A DNA stretch of 44,453 bases from Gammaproteobacteria bacterium. GTDB taxonomy: Bacteria > Pseudomonadota > Gammaproteobacteria > GCA-001735895. The position numbers and the translations under genes are program-made. The notes beneath the pieces are model-generated. The model was given only the letters and a program-made list of their open reading frames with translations, was not told the DNA's origin and made no database searches. The stretch is taken from the NCBI GenBank assembly GCA_050298595.1, contig JBNKUM010000091.1, forward strand, positions 1 through 44,453. Reading direction: 5' to 3'. Of the stretch, positions 19,029 to 28,569 are shown piece by piece (position 1 is the stretch's first letter; each line of letters opens with the position of its first letter).

Positions 19029-22000
19029 TTAAAATCCGCTACTACTGATACTATGTTCATGGCACGAACCATAACAATCTTTGTCAGTTGCTATGCCTCT
19101 GTGCCTTCTCTCACCCGTATCATAGTCACGGTCATGACAGCCTGCGCAGTAAGGCTTATAGCTTGTATTCGACCACTCACTATCTGGAATAGTTGCTGTA
19201 ATGGTGTTGCCATGACAGGCCGTACAGCTCAGGGCTCTGCGGTGATCGAGCGGATTGTATGGGCCACTACCGCCTAGCCCTGGGATTGACAAAGGATGAA
19301 CAAAAGTAGACGGTGACCAGGCGTTGGTGCTATGGCAAACGTCACACTCTTCGGTAGTTCCCAGGTGACCACTATTCATGTCGTCTGCATGACAGGAAGT
19401 ACAATTACCTGCCGTGCTGGCATCATGCACCCAGCTAGCACCGCTGAAGGTTGCTGTAGATTTATGGCATACGTTGCAATCCTGGTTCGTATCAACATGC
19501 GGAGGATCTGCATCCTGCTTGCTTTTTGCACCGACGGTGTTGCCGTCATGACAGGAATCACAGCGTGCATTCTGTACCGCAGGACTGCTGTGATCGACTG
19601 TCGCACCCACAAATGATCCAGTGTTATGACATGAGCCACAATCCTGGCTGGTCGAGACATGGCCAGCAGGTTTGCCTGTAGCAAAACCCGCGTCATGACA
19701 GGATGAACAGTTATCCTGTATGCCTACGTGGGCGAAGGTGGCAGGTGTAAAGCCGGTGGTCTGGTGACAGAAAGAGCAATCCTGATTGGTCGGCACGTGT
19801 CCCGGGGGAGGCGTCTTGCCTGGTGCAGTGACTCCGTCATGACAGGATGAACAGTTATCCTCTATGCCATTGTGGTCGAACTTCGCGCCACTGAAATCTT
19901 CGGTGTTATGACAGTCTGAGCAATCCTGAGTCGGTGCAATAGCAACATGCTCGGATGACATACCGGTGGCATAGCTGCCATCATGGCACGATGCACAGTT
20001 GTCGACTATGCCCTGGTGATTAAACACTGCCTCTGCAAAGGTAGCGCCGGCTTTATGACACAACACACAATCGTCCGTGGTAGGGATATGCGGTGTATCA
20101 GTTTTGGCGTCCATTCCAGTGGCATCGGTTCCATTGTGGCAGCTGTCGCAGCGATTACCGACTACAGGTGGCTTACCATGGTCGAGGAAGGCGTCTGAGA
20201 AACTATCGATGTTATGACAGGCTGAGCAATCTTCGTTGGTATTGCTGTGTACTACTGTGAGCGGTGCACCGATAGCACCAGCCGCTACATGATCATCGAT
20301 GCCGTCATGACAGGATTCGCAGTTATCCGTAATGCCCTTGTGGCTGAAAGTAGATTGTGTGAATGAAGAAACCGTGTGGCAGATGTAGCAATCCTGCGAT
20401 GTAGGCAGATGGCTCGCGCTCTTGACCTGACTTACGGCTGGCAGAAACTGATCAATATGGCAGCCTTCACAACCCGAGGTCAGGCTGTCGTGTACAGCAC
20501 TGCGAAAGATGGTGGAGGTAAAAGTGTCGGTAGAATCGTGACAAACGCTACACTCACCCAGTGCCGGGATATGGTTAACAGGTTTATCCATGGAAATACT
20601 ATTGCCATGGCAGGCACTACAGTTATTGGGGTCAATGCCGATATGATTATACAGAATGCCTGCAAAGCTGTTGAAGTTGGTAATATTGTGGCAGCTAGAG
20701 CAGTCTTCGTCGGTGGGCACATGATTATCCGGTTTGCCGGTGCTGATGCCACCGTCATGGCAAAGTTCGCAATTGTTGGTATCTATCCCCTCGTGATTGA
20801 ACGGAGTGGGGACAAAAGCGGTTGTATCATGACACACACCACAGTCGGCCGTAGTGGGTAAATGGTTAGGTCCCTTGCCCTTAGTGATGACATCATCATG
20901 GCATGCTGAGCAAGTCATCGCGTTCAGATAGCTGTCGGCATGGTTAAAGGTACCACTGTTAAAGTCGCCCGGTGAATGACAGGCATCACAGTCTTCAGTG
21001 GTCGGTAGATGATTCGATGACATGCCAGTAGCGCCATTGGTGCTGCCATCATGACAGGATACGCAGGTTCTGTTGGTCACCTCTGTCGAGTTGTGATCGA
21101 CATATGCCGGAGTGAACAGGTCAGTGGTATGACAGCTGCCACAATCCGAAGTGGTGACCACATGATTGCTCGTGGGCTTGGCTGGTGCATTGATACTGGT
21201 ACTTGAATTATGACAGGACTCACAGGTCTGTACGCCTGGGTCTACCAGACGGTGGTCGAAAAAACCGTCCATACTGAAGCTAACAATACTATGACAGTCA
21301 CGGCAATCCAGTAACGGATTAATGTCAGGATGCCCGACAATCGTACCGCTGGCAGTGACGCCATGACAGGAATCACAACGACTTTCGGTCACTATCGGTG
21401 CGGTATGATCTGGATACGCGCCGACGAAGCTGGTGGTATTATGACAGGATCCACACTCTGCGTCTGGGGCATGAGTATAGTTGGTATTGTCTGGACCCAT
21501 GGCGATACTGCCGTTGTGGCAACCAGCACATTGCCTGACGATTCCTTCATGATCGAAGCTGCCATCCGGGTTCAGGTTCAGGAAATGATCGGTGTTGTGA
21601 CACTCGTCGCACTCAGCATTAGTCTGGGTGTGAAATTCGGATTTTCCAATCGCCACAATATTGTTATGGCAAGAACTACAGGTCCCGAACACTTCGTTAT
21701 GATCGACAATGTCGATCAGCTTAAAACCTTCCGGTGTATGACAGGCTTCACACAGATCGCTGGTACCCGGGTGTGTAACTGACTTCCCCCTGGCAGTGCT
21801 GTCATCATGACAGGAATGACAGGTCCGACTGGTTACCTCGGGATCGGTATGATCGATTACGGCATCCTTGAAGCCCTGGGTATTGTGGCAACTGCCACAG
21901 TCCTGCATGGTAGAGACATGGTTACCCGGTTTGGCCAGGCTGATCACGCCATTGTGACAGGCCGCGCAGGTATTTTGCTCGAGATACAGCTGAGCATGGT

Positions 22001-25000
22001 TGAACACACCCGTGGTAAAGCTGCCTGGGGTATGACAGACCACACAATCCTCAGCGGTAGCCAGATGTCCCTGAGAGGGGGATGGCTTGCCAGTTGCGTT
22101 GTAACCATTGTGACAGGATCCACAGCGCACGCTTGTTACAGCAGGATCAGAATGATCAACAAAGGCATTCTTGAACTGCGTGGTGTTATGGCAGGAACCA
22201 CAATCCTGTTCAGTTGGTAAGTGTAACTCCGGTTTGCCGATGCTGATTTCGTCGTTGTGACAGCTGGAACAGGTATATTGGCTCAGATAATTGCTGGAAT
22301 GGCTGAATGTACCGGTCGCGAAGGTACCAGTGGTATGGCACACGGAGCAATCCTCGGTAGTAGGCAAATGACCTGTCGAGGGTTTGTCTTCGGCCCTGGC
22401 ACCATCGTGGCAGGACTGACAGTCGCTGGTAATGCCCTGATGATCAAAGTTACCACCTAAAAATGTGGCAGTACTGTGGCAGAAATGACAATCCAGTGTG
22501 GTTGACATGTGATTCGGCGACCTACCAGGCGCAATATCACCGTTGTGACAGGAGGCACAGTCATCCACTATTCCGGTGTGATTGTATCCGGCACCCAGGA
22601 ATGAGGTCGTTGTATGACATACCACGCAATCCTGATTAGTAGGTGCATGATCGGTTGGTTTGCCCAGTGCAAACACGTCGTTATGGCAGAAGCTGCATTT
22701 ATCAACTATGCCAGCATGGGTGAAGTTTGCAGGTTTAAAACCAGAAGTATAGTGGCAGACACTGCAATCCTGACTGGTAGGCAGATGCTCAGCATGCTTG
22801 CCCGCAGTGATGCTACCGTTATGACATGCTACGCAATCCCCGACGATGCCAGTATGATCATATTTAGCCCCGCTAAACGCCGAGGTGTTATGGCAGTTTG
22901 AGCAATCCTCGCTCACCGGCATATGATTATCTGACATGCCGCTGGCCGCTAGCCCATCGTGACAGGATGCACAGTTATTTACCACACCGTCATGACCAAA
23001 ATAGGCATTGGCAAAGGTACCAACCACATGACAGACCTGGCAATCTTCGCTGGTCGTGACGTGGTTGTTTGCGCTGGCTTTGCCAGTGGCGATCGCGCCA
23101 TCATGACAGCTGTCACAACGTTTACCCACCACATCGGTGCCAGAGTGATCTATCAAAGCAGGAGTGAACGCTTCGTTAGTAGTATTGTGGCAGATCCCGC
23201 AATCCTGTTCTGTCGGAACATGGTTGACTGATTTGCCGATTGCGCCGCTCGCGCTGTGATCACCATCGTGACAGGACACGCAGTTACCGGTAATGCCACT
23301 GTGATTAAAGTTCACTACAGGCTTGAATGCTGAGTTGGCATGACAGATGTTACAGTCCTGCGTGGTCGGCAAATGGGGTACAGGGTCATCCGTCGTCGGC
23401 TTGCCAGTCGCGTAACGGCTGTTATGGCAGCCTTCACAGCCCTTAGAAATATCAATGTGATAGGCCGCCAGGAAGCTTGACGATGCGAAGCCACCAGTAT
23501 TTGTACTGGTATGACAAACACTACAGTCCTCGGCTATTGGGATATGGTTGCTGGTCTTGCCCAGCGCGATGTTGCCATCGTGGCACAGGCTGCAGTTGTT
23601 GCTGTCTATACCCACATGGTCAAAGCTAGCTCCCGCAAAGCTGGAAAACCCGCTGCTATGGCAATCGATACAATCTCTGGAAGTGGGCAGGTGATTGCCT
23701 GACTTGCCCTTGCTGATTTGTCCATCATGACAGCTTTCACAGGATATTGTAATGCTGCTGTGATTGAAGGTGGCATCAGTAAAGTCGCTGGTCGTGTGGC
23801 ATACCGAGCATTGTTGCTCGGTTGGCAGGTGGTGGTCGATCTTGCCGACAGTGATGACTCCGTTATGGCAAGCACCGCAGCGGTTAACGTCGCGGCTGCT
23901 ATGGTCAAACACGCCACTGGAGAAGGTGCCAGGTGTGTGGCAAACCGTGCAATCCTCGCTGGTAACCGGCAGATGGTTAAATGGCATACCCACAGCCGTG
24001 TCACCATGACAGCTGTCACAGCGTTTACCTACTACGGCAGGGCCGCTGTGGTCGACAAAAGCGTCAGCAAAATCCGTTGTGTTATGACAGAAGGCGCAAT
24101 CGACGCCTGCTACATACGGATGGTTGATGGTATTAGCTAGCCCCGCCGCATTCACATCGTTATGACAGGAGGCACAGGGTTGGGATACCGAATCGATCAC
24201 GGCATGATCAAATATGCCACCGAGATCAAAGGTCTCTATGCTATGGCAGACATCGCATTCTAATGTAGTAACCACATGGATTGGTACGGCGCTAGCTTTA
24301 CCACTCGCATCGGTATCGTTATGACAGTTGCTGCAATTGGCCTTGAAATCAGAGTGATCCACAAAGGCAGGCATAAATGATTCAGTGCTATGGCAGTAAC
24401 CACATTGGGTTTCGGTAACCACATGGTCTTCATCCTTACCTATGGCGGTTTGACCATTGTGGCAACGACTACAGGTAGCGTTCGTCAGCTTGTTGTGGTC
24501 ATAGCTACCATCCGATTCCAGCTCAATAAACGACTGAGTGTTATGACATTCGTTGCATTCCAGCGTGGTAACTTCGTGGAACGCGGACTTGCCAACGGCC
24601 GCCGTGCCGTTGTGGCAGTCACTGCATTGCCCAAAGACTTCTTCATGATCAACGAAAGTGATAATAGAAAATCCCATCACGCTATGGCAGGTCTCACACA
24701 TATGGCTGGTCGCAGGGTGATTTGGAGATTGCATCGCTTCGGGGTTAAAGTTTTTCAGGTGACATTGTGCGCAGTCTGAAGGGAATGTGGGGTAATGATT
24801 AAATGAGCCGGTAGGCTTTCTGTTGCTGGGCTGTGTCGCGACCACATAGGATACTGCTCGGTCACTAGATATGCCTTCCACGCCGACCACCAGTTGTACC
24901 CGGTAATCACCTTCGATATCGGCTATAAAGCTCGGCGTGGCACTGAGTGGATCGATTAAAATGGCCTGGCTTTCTGCTGGCCTGGAAAGGAATGACCAGG

Positions 25001-25286
25001 CATAAGTCAGCGCAGAGCTGGATGAAGTGCTGGAGTGGCTGGCGCCATCCAACTGTACAAGTTCTCCCACTCGCACAGGGAGTATGTTGCCAACGCCGGC
25101 TTTGATCGCGATATAGTGTTCATCGATGGGTGTTGGCGGGGTGGTTCCATCGCCATTGTCCGTCCCGCCTTCGTTATTGCTGGCTGGGTCCGATGCACCA
25201 CCGCCACCACAGGCAGCGATAGAGACCATTAATAGGATAACAAATAGGTATTGAACCAGCCTGTTTTTTTTATTTAGTATAGCCAT
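19029..25286 (-). CDS. Giant lipoprotein multiheme c-type cytochrome (~77 hemes) with an N-terminal PKD/Ig-like domain
   Basis: ORF 19029..25334; probable start ATG 25286. Lipobox SIAA-C, Gly/Pro linker, PKD-like VGELVQLDG..LTYAWSF..PSFIADIEGDYRVQLVV, then 76 CxxCH plus a terminal CYGSCH (manual count). Confidence 0.95.
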   Translation of the reverse strand: MAILNKKNRLVQYLFVILLMVSIAACGGGGASDPASNNEGGTDNGDGTTPPTPIDEHYIAIKAGVGNILPVRVGELVQLDGASHSSTSSSSALTYAWSFLSRPAESQAILIDPLSATPSFIADIEGDYRVQLVVGVEGISSDRAVSYVVATQPSNRKPTGSFNHYPTFPSDCAQCHLKNFNPEAMQSPNHPATSHMCETCHSVMGFSIITFVDHEEVFGQCSDCHNGTAAVGKSAFHEVTTLECNECHNTQSFIELESDGSYDHNKLTNATCSRCHNGQTAIGKDEDHVVTETQCGYCHSTESFMPAFVDHSDFKANCSNCHNDTDASGKASAVPIHVVTTLECDVCHSIETFDLGGIFDHAVIDSVSQPCASCHNDVNAAGLANTINHPYVAGVDCAFCHNTTDFADAFVDHSGPAVVGKRCDSCHGDTAVGMPFNHLPVTSEDCTVCHTPGTFSSGVFDHSSRDVNRCGACHNGVITVGKIDHHLPTEQQCSVCHTTSDFTDATFNHSSITISCESCHDGQISKGKSGNHLPTSRDCIDCHSSGFSSFAGASFDHVGIDSNNCSLCHDGNIALGKTSNHIPIAEDCSVCHTSTNTGGFASSSFLAAYHIDISKGCEGCHNSRYATGKPTTDDPVPHLPTTQDCNICHANSAFKPVVNFNHSGITGNCVSCHDGDHSASGAIGKSVNHVPTEQDCGICHNTTNEAFTPALIDHSGTDVVGKRCDSCHDGAIATGKASANNHVTTSEDCQVCHVVGTFANAYFGHDGVVNNCASCHDGLAASGMSDNHMPVSEDCSNCHNTSAFSGAKYDHTGIVGDCVACHNGSITAGKHAEHLPTSQDCSVCHYTSGFKPANFTHAGIVDKCSFCHNDVFALGKPTDHAPTNQDCVVCHTTTSFLGAGYNHTGIVDDCASCHNGDIAPGRSPNHMSTTLDCHFCHSTATFLGGNFDHQGITSDCQSCHDGARAEDKPSTGHLPTTEDCSVCHTTGTFATGTFSHSSNYLSQYTCSSCHNDEISIGKPELHLPTEQDCGSCHNTTQFKNAFVDHSDPAVTSVRCGSCHNGYNATGKPSPSQGHLATAEDCVVCHTPGSFTTGVFNHAQLYLEQNTCAACHNGVISLAKPGNHVSTMQDCGSCHNTQGFKDAVIDHTDPEVTSRTCHSCHDDSTARGKSVTHPGTSDLCEACHTPEGFKLIDIVDHNEVFGTCSSCHNNIVAIGKSEFHTQTNAECDECHNTDHFLNLNPDGSFDHEGIVRQCAGCHNGSIAMGPDNTNYTHAPDAECGSCHNTTSFVGAYPDHTAPIVTESRCDSCHGVTASGTIVGHPDINPLLDCRDCHSIVSFSMDGFFDHRLVDPGVQTCESCHNSSTSINAPAKPTSNHVVTTSDCGSCHTTDLFTPAYVDHNSTEVTNRTCVSCHDGSTNGATGMSSNHLPTTEDCDACHSPGDFNSGTFNHADSYLNAMTCSACHDDVITKGKGPNHLPTTADCGVCHDTTAFVPTPFNHEGIDTNNCELCHDGGISTGKPDNHVPTDEDCSSCHNITNFNSFAGILYNHIGIDPNNCSACHGNSISMDKPVNHIPALGECSVCHDSTDTFTSTIFRSAVHDSLTSGCEGCHIDQFLPAVSQVKSASHLPTSQDCYICHTVSSFTQSTFSHKGITDNCESCHDGIDDHVAAGAIGAPLTVVHSNTNEDCSACHNIDSFSDAFLDHGKPPVVGNRCDSCHNGTDATGMDAKTDTPHIPTTDDCVLCHKAGATFAEAVFNHQGIVDNCASCHDGSYATGMSSEHVAIAPTQDCSDCHNTEDFSGAKFDHNGIEDNCSSCHDGVTAPGKTPPPGHVPTNQDCSFCHQTTGFTPATFAHVGIQDNCSSCHDAGFATGKPAGHVSTSQDCGSCHNTGSFVGATVDHSSPAVQNARCDSCHDGNTVGAKSKQDADPPHVDTNQDCNVCHKSTATFSGASWVHDASTAGNCTSCHADDMNSGHLGTTEECDVCHSTNAWSPSTFVHPLSIPGLGGSGPYNPLDHRRALSCTACHGNTITATIPDSEWSNTSYKPYCAGCHDRDYDTGERRHRGIATDKDCYGSCHEHSISSSGF

Positions 25287-25562
25287 TGTAAGATAAGCAA
25301 CCTTGCGTTTGAGTGAAATAAAGAGCCTGAGCACTTATTTCCTGTTTCGAATCTGTACAGCAACGGCAGCGGATGGTAATTACATTTCGTTTAAGAAACC
25401 ATACTACCTTTGGGGTAATGGTGGGACCGCCTATAGACTATCAGCAACGACTGCAATTGGCACCAGAGTCCTGCCTCTTCCGCAACACCCTCTTATTACC
25501 CAGAACACGTTCAACTGTGTTGTCACCTTTAGGGCCTCTGTTCTTTATGATCAGCCCATTCA

Positions 25563-26110
25563 GAAGATGCGCAGATAAATAAACCCATTGAAGGCGTAAT
25601 TGTTTTTGTTGATTGGCCGGTAAAATATGTACCATTTTTTGTGGGTGAAGTTGGCGGGCGTGTTAATGCGGTAGTAGCTTTTGAAGGAGTAACAGATGCA
25701 AAAGGTGTTATAAGATTTCCAGCATGGGGGCCGGAATACGCCGACTGGGATGTCAATATAGATCGTTCAGGGTCGATTATTCGAATATTTAAACAGGGCT
25801 ATAAATTCCTTGAGTTGAGGAATAATACGAACTTCATCGATCTTTCAAAAAGCCCTAATTATGATTCCTCATTACCCTCTGACTGGAATAATAAAGTAGT
25901 CAAGCTGTAACCGTTTAAGGGAGGGAATAAAGAGTATGCACATCATCTGATAAATTTCGAAGATTCTTTGTTTCTTTCTTCCGGGTAGCCCCTTGTTTGG
26001 CACATAGTGCCGTAAGAATGCTAAAGGAATTATACAGAATGCAAAAATATTTTAATTCGAAAAATATACAACACCATCTTTATACGGTTGCAAGGCCATG
26101 CGATGAATAA
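25563..26110 (+). pseudogene. Truncated gene for a carboxypeptidase-regulatory-like (prealbumin fold) exported protein
   Basis: EDAQINKPIEGVIVFVDW...EGVTDAKGVIRFPAWGP...IFKQGY...VVKL*PFKGGNKEYA. No start codon or signal peptide (in-frame TGA at 25548); internal TAA at 25908-25910. Confidence 0.45.
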
Positions 26111-26269
26111 TTATTGCTATTAACCGGAGTGCTTAATGAGATTTGTATTACAGTGTATTGGATTTTTTACAGCCTTCTATATGTGGTTATTGCGCAGGCC
26201 TATGCCATTAAAACTCATAAAGTAATAACTGCTCCCAAAAACCGTAAACATCCTAGCCCATATTTTTTA

Positions 26270-26302
26270 ACGTATACAGAAGCAGGACTCTTCTGTATAC
26301 GT
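26270..26302. terminator. Perfect 13-bp hairpin downstream of the VWA gene
   Basis: acgtatacagaag-caggact-cttctgtatacgt, 14 nt from the VWA stop; weak U-tract. Confidence 0.5.
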
Positions 26303-26316
26303 AATTAACAACATAA

Positions 26317-26967
26317 CTAACGCCTGGCAATCAGTTTGTCGATACGTTCCAGGTCGTTTACAACGGCCCAGTCTCCACCCGCTTTATTGACGCGCTCCTG
26401 CCATTGATCCAGCCGCTTTAGATAATCACGCGGGTCGATATTATCGCTACGCAACTTGGTGACATTCAGTGCAACCACGTGGACGCCGGGAAGCGAAAGC
26501 GGAAAATTCCGTATGTGGCCCTTTTCCAAATCTTCTTCAAGATCAGAGAAGATAAGCACATATCGCTCACCCGCTCCGGTCTCGGTCAGGTATTCACTCG
26601 CCTGTAGAACGCCTCCGGTAATATCGGTATGCCGACTGCCATGTTTTGTCGCCTTCACAAAGTGCTCTATTGTCGCCTTGAAGGCGCGCTTCTGCTCGTT
26701 GGTAGTACTCGGACGCTCGTCAAACGTGGTGCTGGCGATGATATCCTTTTCGCTGAAACTGCCACTGTCGATACGCGCTATCGCAATCGAGTCTCCACTA
26801 TCCAGTGTTGCCAGCAGATAGTTGATTATCGTCTGTGCCTTGCTCATTTCTTCGGTATAGGTACCGGAGGTATCGAGTAGCAGAAACACTGCACGCGATT
26901 TGGACTGTGGCGAACTACAGCCCACCATGGTCATTAGCAGCATAATTAGCATTAGTTTTTTCATCAC
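26317..26967 (-). CDS. VWA-domain lipoprotein
   Basis: Lipobox MVG-C; MIDAS-like LLLDTSGT, TDITG, LIFSD; ATGA overlap with the upstream gene. Confidence 0.85.
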   Translation of the reverse strand: MMKKLMLIMLLMTMVGCSSPQSKSRAVFLLLDTSGTYTEEMSKAQTIINYLLATLDSGDSIAIARIDSGSFSEKDIIASTTFDERPSTTNEQKRAFKATIEHFVKATKHGSRHTDITGGVLQASEYLTETGAGERYVLIFSDLEEDLEKGHIRNFPLSLPGVHVVALNVTKLRSDNIDPRDYLKRLDQWQERVNKAGGDWAVVNDLERIDKLIARR

Positions 26968-28409
26968 TTTTCCTCCGCATACAGTTGCCTGCTTTCGCTG
27001 CCTTTTTGCTTTGCCTGTTTTGCCGGCTGATAACGGCTGACCCAGGCTTCGATGCCAAGTGGAAGCATAATGAATAAATCATACAAACTGATAAGGATCG
27101 AACTGATTTGACGCGCTACACCACCGATCAGTCGCGCGACAAAAGCTATTGCATGTAACACAGCCATAGCGAGTACTCCCAGCACGGTACGCAAGGAATG
27201 GATAAATGACTCCAGCGGGATCGCAACAAATGACAGTGCAAACGGCAGGATAAAGCCCATGATCATTTGACCGAGCGAAGGTATCCAGCGGAATTGCGCT
27301 TCGACTACACCGGTTCCAGCCAGTGACTGGGTCAGGGCTTCACGGTCCAGTGCCAGTAAATCGCGCATATAGGCGAGCGAAGCTTCCACGGTTGCCAGAA
27401 TGGCGAGTATGCTGAAGGTAATTACCAGCATGCGCTTGCGCATTTTATCATCCATCGATCCGATGATCGGAAACAGGTGGGTGATGCGCAGGGATTCCAT
27501 CAGGAATAATCCCATCGCAATCTCAACCATGATGATCACCAGCGCAGCGATATCCGAGGTACGCATAGGACCGATATAACTGGTACCGCCGACCATTTCC
27601 GACATGGGCATAGCGATTAACTGAAAGTTGATCAGTCCGCCTAATACCGCAATGATTAATACCAGCGAGGATATGAAGAACTGGGTCATGGAAGATGATG
27701 CCAGCGTGCGCGCGATGCTGTCTTCAGCATTACGAATTGCTTCATAGCTTTCCATCTGCTGATCGATTTGCGCAGAACGCTCATCCAGTCCATCTATCCT
27801 GTCTTTCACCTGGGTTAGTGATTGCCCCAGCTCACGCCACTGGGGCTGCATGCCACCTAATAGCTTGTGCCGCTCCAATGTCGACTTACGATAGGCTTTC
27901 TGTGTTTCCTTATGAGCTTTTTCCAGCGATGCACCGATATTGTCGAGAATATCGCAAACAGTAGCGTCACCGGTGCGTGGGATTGCAGCCACTGCATCCA
28001 CCGCATTCAACCAGCTAGGCGGTAGTGGTGGAGCATCGGTGGCAGACTGATAGTCTTCTTCGATTTTATCGATAGCATCACTTATCTGACGATGCAACGC
28101 CGGGTAACTGCTCAGATCTCGTGCCACCAGAGTATTCACGCGCTGGAATTCGCGTTCGATGGCGCGCTCGCAGGCCTCCTGACCCATTGCCAGTACCACT
28201 TCCTTGTTACGTCTTTGTAGACCTTGTTCCAGCTTACGTAAGGATGCTGCGAACAGACGGCAGGCAACATAGATTGTGCGTCCGGTAGATCGAAATAATG
28301 CATGGGCAGGGTTACGCGCCAGATAAGCTATAAAAACCAGAATTACCAGCCAGATAGCAGCTGACAGTCCTGGGGTGTCGGACCAGACCGACAGTATCTC
28401 TGTAAACAT
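26964..28409 (-). CDS. Multi-pass membrane protein with a long coiled-coil region
   Basis: N-terminal TM, ~200-aa helical soluble stretch, then 5-6 TM segments. Likely start ATG 28409 after a GAGGTG RBS. Confidence 0.8.
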   Translation of the reverse strand: MFTEILSVWSDTPGLSAAIWLVILVFIAYLARNPAHALFRSTGRTIYVACRLFAASLRKLEQGLQRRNKEVVLAMGQEACERAIEREFQRVNTLVARDLSSYPALHRQISDAIDKIEEDYQSATDAPPLPPSWLNAVDAVAAIPRTGDATVCDILDNIGASLEKAHKETQKAYRKSTLERHKLLGGMQPQWRELGQSLTQVKDRIDGLDERSAQIDQQMESYEAIRNAEDSIARTLASSSMTQFFISSLVLIIAVLGGLINFQLIAMPMSEMVGGTSYIGPMRTSDIAALVIIMVEIAMGLFLMESLRITHLFPIIGSMDDKMRKRMLVITFSILAILATVEASLAYMRDLLALDREALTQSLAGTGVVEAQFRWIPSLGQMIMGFILPFALSFVAIPLESFIHSLRTVLGVLAMAVLHAIAFVARLIGGVARQISSILISLYDLFIMLPLGIEAWVSRYQPAKQAKQKGSESRQLYAEEK

Positions 28410-28457
28410 GATAGTCACCTCTTAGTGTTGAATGTGACTGAAATATAAAAGGTGGCT

Positions 28458-28475
28458 GTGAAAAATCGGTGAAAA
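28458..28475. promoter_or_regulatory. Candidate response-regulator binding tandem repeat
   Basis: GTGAAAA twice with an 11-bp period in the divergent intergenic region upstream of an OmpR-like regulator. Confidence 0.3.
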
Positions 28476-28569
28476 GATCGAATTTGTATTAATTCACATT
28501 CCTGAGACTGCGTTATTTATATGACCAGGTATACTTACAGCTCAGGATAAAACTTACACAATCTCAATC

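Noticed and set aside
18993-25232. Many plus-strand ORFs over the cytochrome gene
   Set aside because: Antisense shadows: reverse-complemented CxxCH codons generate recurring ATG/GTG-ACA/GCA starts; no independent protein features.
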